DNA of 62,683 nt, the filler included, from Diploschistes diacapsis (lineage: Eukaryota): NCBI GenBank assembly GCA_023645945.1. It is 6 parts of 6 records of this genome, joined end to end, with 100 filler letters (N's around TTAATTAATTAA, not from the genome) between each part and the next. Parts side by side here need not be neighbours in the genome. Positions count along the whole stretch, not along the records: positions 34,342 to 59,782 come from JALAIB010000208.1; positions 59,883 to 62,683 come from JALAIB010002080.1; 4 more parts are not named here. One strand, given 5' to 3'. This document shows positions 52,041 through 62,683 of the stretch, piece after piece; the first letter of the stretch is position 1; every line of letters starts with the position of its first letter. The position numbers and the translations under genes are program-made. The notes under the pieces were generated by a model, which worked only from the letters and a program-made list of their open reading frames with translations, made no database searches and was not told the DNA's origin.

Positions 52041-53530
52041 CTACGGCTCCCACCTTGCCTCAATGATTGAAGCCCTTCGCGCCTGTGGGTAAATGTATTC
52101 CTTTGAAGGCGAAACGTCGATCTGCTTTGATGAAGAGAGCCGCCCATTCCATCGCATCTCGCTCCCTGGTGTTGAGGAAAGATTTCATTACAATATCGAC
52201 ACCTCTAGTTTACATTAGCGCACATGGCATTATCACTTGACGAAGGCATAAACAATACCCGAGCCAACGCTCCTTGTATAGCGAAAGAACGGCCCCCCGG
52301 CGGCACACAGATGTCGTCGATGAATATGCGAGTTCCTTTCTTCAGCGCAGGGATCAATAGACGCAGAATTCTAACTGCATGGCTGTCCGAGCAATCGTGA
52401 AAGACCCAGCGAAAATAGAATACATCCGCATCCTTTACTGGCTGCTCTCGCCAGAAATCGTGATTCATAAACTGGATTTGGTCCTCCAGTTCCGTTGGTA
52501 GTTGAGCTTTCTAACTTCAATGCTGGCAGGTGAGTCTTGGACTATACAGTTGAGGTTTGATATCACCGTGCCAGTGCGATGCTAACATGGCCATGAGAAC
52601 TACCAACGTCTACGAAGGTACACTGTCCTCCAGCACTAGGTTTGAAGCAGGAAACGAAGTGTTCTGGGTCGAAGCCAGCGTCCGAATGTAGGAATTCCAT
52701 CGGATCTCCCAACCGTTTAATCCTGGAAGGATCTCTTCCCCATACTGTGAAAGGATTCTCCGTTATGATATGGGCCAAAGCGTATGCCTGTTGAAATTAA
52801 AATGATCTGTTCTAGAAGGATGCTTACCTACTGTTTGCAGAGACTCCTGTGACCCGGGCCATCTTCCTAAGGCACCTAAGATCTTCACCCGTCGAATCAG
52901 CTTCAACCTTGCAGAAAGCTCAGAATACATGACATACTCGAAGCATAGAGTGCCAATTCTCCTGCGTCGTTACTCCTACCCAGGCGGAGAGTCCCGGGTT
53001 GATTGCCAACATTTGAGATGCCGATGTGTGCGTGGTGGTCCCTGGCTCGGCTTCCAGGAAGATGTGTTCAGTCATAGCGAGTCGAAGTATTCGTCTTGTG
53101 TCATCCGTGCCGACTTGCATTCTCGAGCAGGCTCTTCAAAAGACACTCTTCAGCCGTGCGCTGTAACCTTTGCACAATCTGGAATCGGTGTATGAACTGA
53201 AGACACATGATCTTGGAGCTCTAGAAACATACTCGGCTTCTTTTAAGGACATTTATTCCAACGTTCCCACTTGGACAGCCGCTTCGAGGACTCTTCTTAC
53301 GGGCCCCAGTAAAAGTTGATGCAGCTCATGAGTACCTTCCGTGGCCGCATTCAATGCTTCTTCTATGTCTTTGGGTAATGGCGTCAACGACACCCGAGAA
53401 ACTGCTATATCTGAGGCCATAGCATTATGAGAGGGGAGGGGTAGAGCTTGCGCCTGCAAATACTTCTGGTACTTGCTCGTGTTTGAGGAATGATTGACAA
53501 TAGGCTCTCAATACTGCTTTCTGAAGACAT
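52041..53530 (-). pseudogene. SAM-dependent O-methyltransferase (family 2, secondary-metabolism type) pseudogene
   Basis: ELHQLLLGP, RILRLAMTEHIFLE, VDVGSSHGHVS, HDFWREQPVKDADVFYFRWVFHD, SIIEARW; multiple stops and frameshifts. Confidence 0.85.
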
Positions 53531-53999
53531 GGTCCGAACGTTCCAAAGGAGCTACTTAATTGGAGCATTGCTGCTGCCAGATAACTTATCCCCCCCTTTT
53601 TTTTTGAGTTATGAATTGGGGCAGCTCTAGGCCGCATTACATTACTAATTATGATATGACATTATAACAACACGAGTATTAGTACCGTACCCAATAATGG
53701 ACTTGAATGACATTGTAAACGAGAACTTTGGAGCAACTGTTTATGAGCAACTGTTTATGACCAATATCATTTATAATTTTTTGACGTCTTTTTCAGCACC
53801 TTTTTTACCTAATATATACGAGAAGTTTTGTAAAATGAAGAATACTTTCAAACATTCCAAGGGGGAAACTAATGGAACATGTTGGAGATGAGGGATAATA
53901 AGAGCTCCAGGAACCGCGCATCCAAATGTAGGACCATACTGAAGTGCATGGTTCAGAGCACACAGTCAGCTGTTAGTTGTTCCCATATTCGTGAGCTTG

Positions 54000-57344
<3,345 letters not shown>

Positions 57345-57541
57345 TTGGATTGCGAATCGCAGACGAGACCGCAGAATGAACTTACCTGAGGTTTTTTTTA
57401 TTCTCCAACTAAATTTCGATCAGTTTCTACAAGCTTGACAAATCTCAAATGAGCCGACCCAGGCGCTGCATGAGCTAGCCTCGCACCCTTCGCGTCACCA
57501 ATGGTTGCATGACCAATCTATCTAGAATTCAACACGATCTA

Positions 57542-57666
57542 TGTTAGATATCCTGTGTATTAGTGTGCTGGGCCTGCTCAACCTTCTCAACACACCTTGA
57601 GCAGTTCCCCTATTCGGGTGTGCTCTTGTGCCCCGTTCCACCGGACAAGGGACAAAACAAATAACA
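57542..57666. mobile_element. Possible short solo LTR
   Basis: 125 bp bounded by TGTTA...TAACA; no target-site duplication seen. Confidence 0.3.
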
Positions 57667-58138
57667 CTTGGCCAACCAGCGTTTAAAAAAATATCTTATT
57701 CTCCCGACGAATGATTCGAGCTACAGCTCGCATGGGGCGTTATGATCCCTATCTCTACGTTTGAGACGTCTGGCGAGAATAGAACTCAAGTCTGCCTCTG
57801 TCATACGGCCAAGTCCCGCATGTTTCAGATTTAGTCTCTAGAACTGCGATGAGCATCGAGGAAATACAGGATTTGGTCCGCGATCTGAACGTTGCCGACG
57901 GTGCAGCTCAGGATCGCGGACAGGAGCCTCTTCACTCAATATGCAGCAATCCAGTCTCCCTTCAGGACTCCATCCATTTGCTTATTCAATCCACCAACAC
58001 TGTTACCTCACGAGCCCAGTCTGTCGAATTACTAGCTGAGAATGCGAATTCCTTCGGTAATCTGCCTATCACGGAGGTATGCCCGGATCTGTCATAACAC
58101 TGTGCCATACTCAGATTGAAGAGCAACTTACTCAAAGA

Positions 58139-59368
58139 CTATATGTAGCCTTTCAGAATTGCACTCTCCGCATTCAAAATTGATGCCCCGGCAGCCCCCA
58201 GAACTGTGTTGTGGCTTAAGGCCACGAACTGGATGTCAAAGATACCACTTTCGTCCTCCCTGATTCTTCCGACGCTGCACGCGTATCCTCTTTCTGTCTC
58301 TATATCGAGGCGAGGCTGCGGTCGATCAGCCTCATCTAAAACGACAATGGCGTGTTGTGGAGCCGAAGGACACCCTAGGAGTTGCACCTCTGAGCTGTAC
58401 TCTTTCAGCGCATTACAGACCTTGCTCACGGTCGGCGGAGGTCGGTTTACGAATCGTAACGATACACACACAGTATGGCCATTAAGCACCGGGACACGGT
58501 TACAGGCAACGGAAACGTGGAGGGGTTGATCGATAAATCCAGGCGGGTCCATACTCAAGCTACCTAAAATCTTGCGAGCTTCAGCTGGAATCTTGGCTTC
58601 CTCTCCTGGGATGTATGGAATGATATTGTCAAGGATGTCCATGCCTGACGCGGTTAGCTGTAACGTGTAGAATATACCGGACCCTGGGCGCTTTATGGGC
58701 AGAAGACTTGATCACTTACTGCTGACGCCAGGATAGCCTGCCCCTGATACGGCCTGCATAGTCACCATGCTCACTTGGTCGATAGGTCCGAACTTTTGAA
58801 TAAGTGCTGCGGCTGGGATGACAAGGCCGATGACCGCACAGTTTGAATTGCATATAAGAAGGCCTTTATCTAGTTGGTAATGCCGACGCTGTAATAGGAC
58901 TGACTCAATATGTCCTGGGTTGATCACCGGAACAATCAGCGGAACCAGAGGTGCCAATCGGAAGTTTTTAGCATTTGAAAAGACGGCAAAGTTTGCTTTA
59001 AGAAAGGCCATTTCAACATCGCCAGCCACATCAGAATTAAGGCCGGAGAAGATTATGTCGCAATCGGGATATTCGGTGGGTATGCAGCGTCGGACGATCA
59101 GATTTGCGACTTGTGCGGGCATTGGGGTCGACTGCTTCCAACGCACGGCATCAGAGTATTTTTTATCGACTGAATTTTCGGAAGCTCCTACAGCTACCAG
59201 TTCTAGCAGCGGATGTTGAGCGAGTAGGAGAATAAAACGCGTTCCCACCGCTCCAGTTGCTCCTAAAACACCTGGGAAATGTGAGTCAATGTCTTTCATA
59301 ATGACTAGTGGAATGGGCTTCATACCGCATCGCTTTTTCGAAGACGTATGATTGTCTTTGGAAGACAT
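58139..59368 (-). CDS. HOM2: Aspartate-semialdehyde dehydrogenase, two introns
   Basis: [25 protein letters not shown] (catalytic Cys), [31 protein letters not shown]. Confidence 0.96.
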
Positions 59369-59614
59369 TGCTGTGTCTCTCTGTACGGTCCTCAATATTG
59401 ACTCAGAGATTTATGTGTCAGAGACCAGATTACGTGACCAAACCTAGGCTCTACAATTAACGCGCTGTGGTTGGCTTAACAAGGATGGGCAGCGTCAGTC
59501 GCATAAATCGATAAACCTGTTACGCCTACACAGGGATCTGTATGCAGGTTGAAAATGACTTGATTACAACGATGGAGAGAGGTAATTACACGAAGGAAGT
59601 TGCATATGTACGTA

Positions 59615-59782
59615 ACGTGTTTCACGGGGATTCCGGCCACCCCCAGATTCCAGCCACTTTTGCCAAGAAATAGTTTAAATCTTCAATAATTCTTCGAAAT
59701 TAATCGTTATTTTTATCTTTTTTTCATAATTTTACTTTTCAATCAATTATCGATCAGATATAAAAAGTGCACATTGATTACG
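59615..59782 (+). mobile_element. End of a pogo/Fot1-like transposon, truncated by the contig end
   Basis: TA followed by ACGTGTTTCA (same first 10 nt as the MITE TIR), then GATTCC(G/A)GCCAC twice, then AT-rich sequence. Confidence 0.65.
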
Positions 59783-59882
59783 NNNNNNNNNNNNNNNNNN
59801 NNNNNNNNNNNNNNNNNNNNNNNNNNTTAATTAATTAANNNNNNNNNNNNNNNNNNNNNNNNNNNNNNNNNNNNNNNNNNNN
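59783..59882. other. Artificial contig spacer
   Basis: Same 100-bp linker. Confidence 0.97.
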
Positions 59883-61720
59883 GAATGATGTATTATAATA
59901 ATATATAATAAATTATACGACAATATTCGTTTTATTACTTATTATACGTTACCTTACGTCTTAATTATAATTTATAATTAATAAGTTACTTTTATTACAC
60001 GAAGGTATAATTCCCGAGAGATAAGATTAATTTTCGTTATATTGATATTAATTTACGTAGATATATTGAAAATGATGTTGGACGTAACATTATTTAAGGG
60101 TCTGTTAGCCTTAATGATGAAGCAATAGACGATTACACGGAGTTGCTTTTTAGGATATATAGGAAGGTTCGGGAGTAATGGAAGGTATTATAATCTCGAT
60201 AGAAAAAAGGATTGGTATTGAAAGATGAATTAGTGTATATAGTTAACAAGAAGATGTAAACCTCGTATAATAAAGAATAGAACGGTTTAAAGTTCATAAC
60301 GTAATTTTGTTTGAAGAAAAACGTGCGTATATCAAGGTCTGAATTATTTTATAAAATTATATCTATTAAGCATGTTCGTAAGACAATATTACCGTAATAC
60401 GTAGAAATATAAGTAAATTATCAAGCTTTAGACATTACCGGTACTAATACGTAGAAGTAGTTGTTTATTACGTATAAAGATCTTATATCTAGATTCTCGT
60501 CGCCATCCGGATTTCATAATATGTATAAAAGCGTACCGTACTTTTTCGAAATAGTAATTCAGGTTACCGGGTTTAAAATAATCTCGGACGCGTTAGTAAA
60601 AAAAAGAAAATAAACGGATTCTATTGTTATGGAAAAATAAATAAAGATTTTCCGGCCCGAGATTAGGGATGCTTATTTCCGAGAATGGATCGCAAAGGCA
60701 ACTTTAGCGCTAAAATAGCATTTCTTTATAATTCGGTTAGCCGAATAGGAGCTATATAATCCTGTTAAAAAGAACTTTTTTAGAACATTAATAAAAGAAG
60801 AGGTGGATTATTGAAAAATAAAGAGATTTACGCCTCCTCCGGACGAGAAAAAGGAGAAAAAAGAAGAAAAGAAGGATGAAGAAATAGAGGATGATCTAGA
60901 CCTTAATTTAAAGGATGTGGAATCTAAAGAGAAGGAAGAGGAAGAGAACGGGAATGAGTAGGCAGCATGATGAAAAAAATGGATATTAAAAGACCCTAAG
61001 GGCCTATAACTATAATAGGGTAGAGTCTGCTTGTTTATATAGCTATTCGATTGTCTGCTAGTTTTTTAGCAAGCTTGCTTTCCTACCTATCTATCAGGTG
61101 CTTTCTTACTTACGTGTTTACTTTTTTATATACTAATTTGCTTTTCTATGTGTTAACTTATTTACCTTATGCTTTATTGCTTACTTAATTTTATAATAGA
61201 TTTCCTTGCCTGCTCTTTTGCTTGCTTATTTATAATTAACTTCTTATTAATAATGACGAGACGGGAGAGAAAAAGAAAGAAAAATAAAAGAAACGGACGT
61301 GTTACCTAATATAATTACCTAAAGGAACACCTATGGATAAGATAAATACAACGGAAATTAAGGATGACTTTAAATAATTACCGCCTTATTATCTAGCTAA
61401 TAAAGCGGAGTATGATATGGATATAATGGAAATTAAGGATGTCTTTGAATAATTACCGCTCTTCTATCCTCGTGATTCGAAAGAATGGAATACAGAAGAT
61501 TAGATTCAACAACGCTATTACGTCCAGGAACACTATCACGTCGAAAAGGAAACATTAAAGAGGATAGGTTTCTAAGTATTACCGTTGCTTAGAAGGTATA
61601 GAACTACGTTGGAATAAGAAGATAGCGGGATTTAGATTTTTTATTGATAAGATTTATATGGAATTCGTTATAAGGCAGCGAACTATCGAAGGGAAGGTCG
61701 TATATAAACATAAAAGTAGG
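59883..61720. mobile_element. RIP-degraded repeat or transposon remnant, class not recognisable
   Basis: AT-rich and TpA-rich, no ORF of 60 aa or more, residual acidic coding-like stretch at 60800-60960. Confidence 0.6.
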
Positions 61721-62149
61721 CGGCAGGCTTGGTGGGGGTGGTCCCCACAGGGCAGCTCCATTTAAGGAGGCCTATTAGGTAGCTCTAGACAATTAATACA
61801 TCCTACATCTCACAAATGTCCTACCTGGGTATGCTGTTGACTACGAAATCACATTACATTCACCTACTACACCACCTACGACTACCTACCTACTACAGCA
61901 AGGGAAGTCTCCCTAGACAGCGCGCCTTGTGTTTATACTATCAAATCTGTTTGGCAACGTAATGGATATATTAAAGTCTAGAGGTCTATATAGGAGGTTA
62001 TCCTATTTTGCAGACTTTTATCTTTATGGGATACGCTAAGTCTTACTATTTATATTATTCCTAAACCGGTCTAGTTGGGATTCCAGGAGATTCAGCTAAA
62101 CTGAACCTTTTTCTAGAACTTAATTAGACTTCTAGCCATACCTTCTGCC

Positions 62150-62683
62150 TAGGCTGGCCGTTTCGTGCCACGGTCACTGACACGGACACTGCAGCAAAAA
62201 TTTTCAAAACACGGACACTAACACGGACACGATAGTTAAAATTTTAAAACACGGATACTAACACGGACATTACACTGCAGTAAAAGCACGGACACGGATA
62301 TTATAATTAAAAATTTTAAAATATTAATACTGACACGGATATTATATTTCCGTGAATTTATCGAAATACTACGGTGAATCCACCGAAACACCGTAGTGAA
62401 ATTTTTTTAAAAAAATAAAAGCGTGAAAAATAGGCGTGATAATTCTAAAATTATTAAAATTAAAAAAATAATTTAAAGTGTTTCGGTGAATGCACGGATA
62501 CGGATATCGTAATAAAAAATTTTTCGATACGGATACTAACACGGACATTATATTATAATAAAAGCACGGACACGGACATTATAATTAAAAATTTTAAAAC
62601 ATTAATATTAATACGGATATTATATTTCCGTAAATCCACGGACACGGACACCGTAGCTAAAAAATCTAAAACACGGACACTGA
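62150..62683 (+). mobile_element. Probable DNA-transposon end (hAT-like) with an array of ACACGGA(C/T)A subterminal repeats
   Basis: Begins TAGGCTGGCCGTTTCGTGCC; more than 12 CACGGA motifs; ~105-bp internal duplication. Confidence 0.55.

Noticed and set aside
57849..58097. 82-aa ORF convergent with HOM2
   Set aside because: Short, with no recognisable motif; cannot be supported
62170..62683. CRISPR-like or telomeric array
   Set aside because: Short degenerate repeats without unique spacers, in a eukaryotic context and not TTAGGG

Overview
Eukaryotic DNA from a filamentous ascomycete (Pezizomycotina), with short GT-AG introns and RIP-like mutated repeats. The window is not one locus. It is six contigs (25508, 2815, 2814, 2804, 25441 and 2801 bp) joined by identical 100-bp N44-TTAATTAATTAA-N44 spacers. 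Contig 1 holds ordinary genes (IKS1-type kinase, phenol-hydroxylase-like monooxygenase, URI/Bud27-like protein, GAP1-like permease, secreted M20 peptidase, SAM+HMG-box factor) plus a head-to-head pair of unrecognised secreted paralogues sharing 10 cysteines. The short contigs carry a secreted aldose 1-epimerase, RPS10, a pogo/Fot1-type MITE and RIP-degraded transposon ends. In the second long contig, a ~16 kb island lies between the core genes PDS5 and HOM2. Most of its genes are decayed: a GH128 glucanase, a thaumatin-like gene, a LysM-lysozyme-like fusion and an O-methyltransferase, together with a degenerate DUF3723-like gene. This pattern suggests a derelict Starship-type giant transposon. 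All family assignments come from motif recognition by eye; no searches were run.
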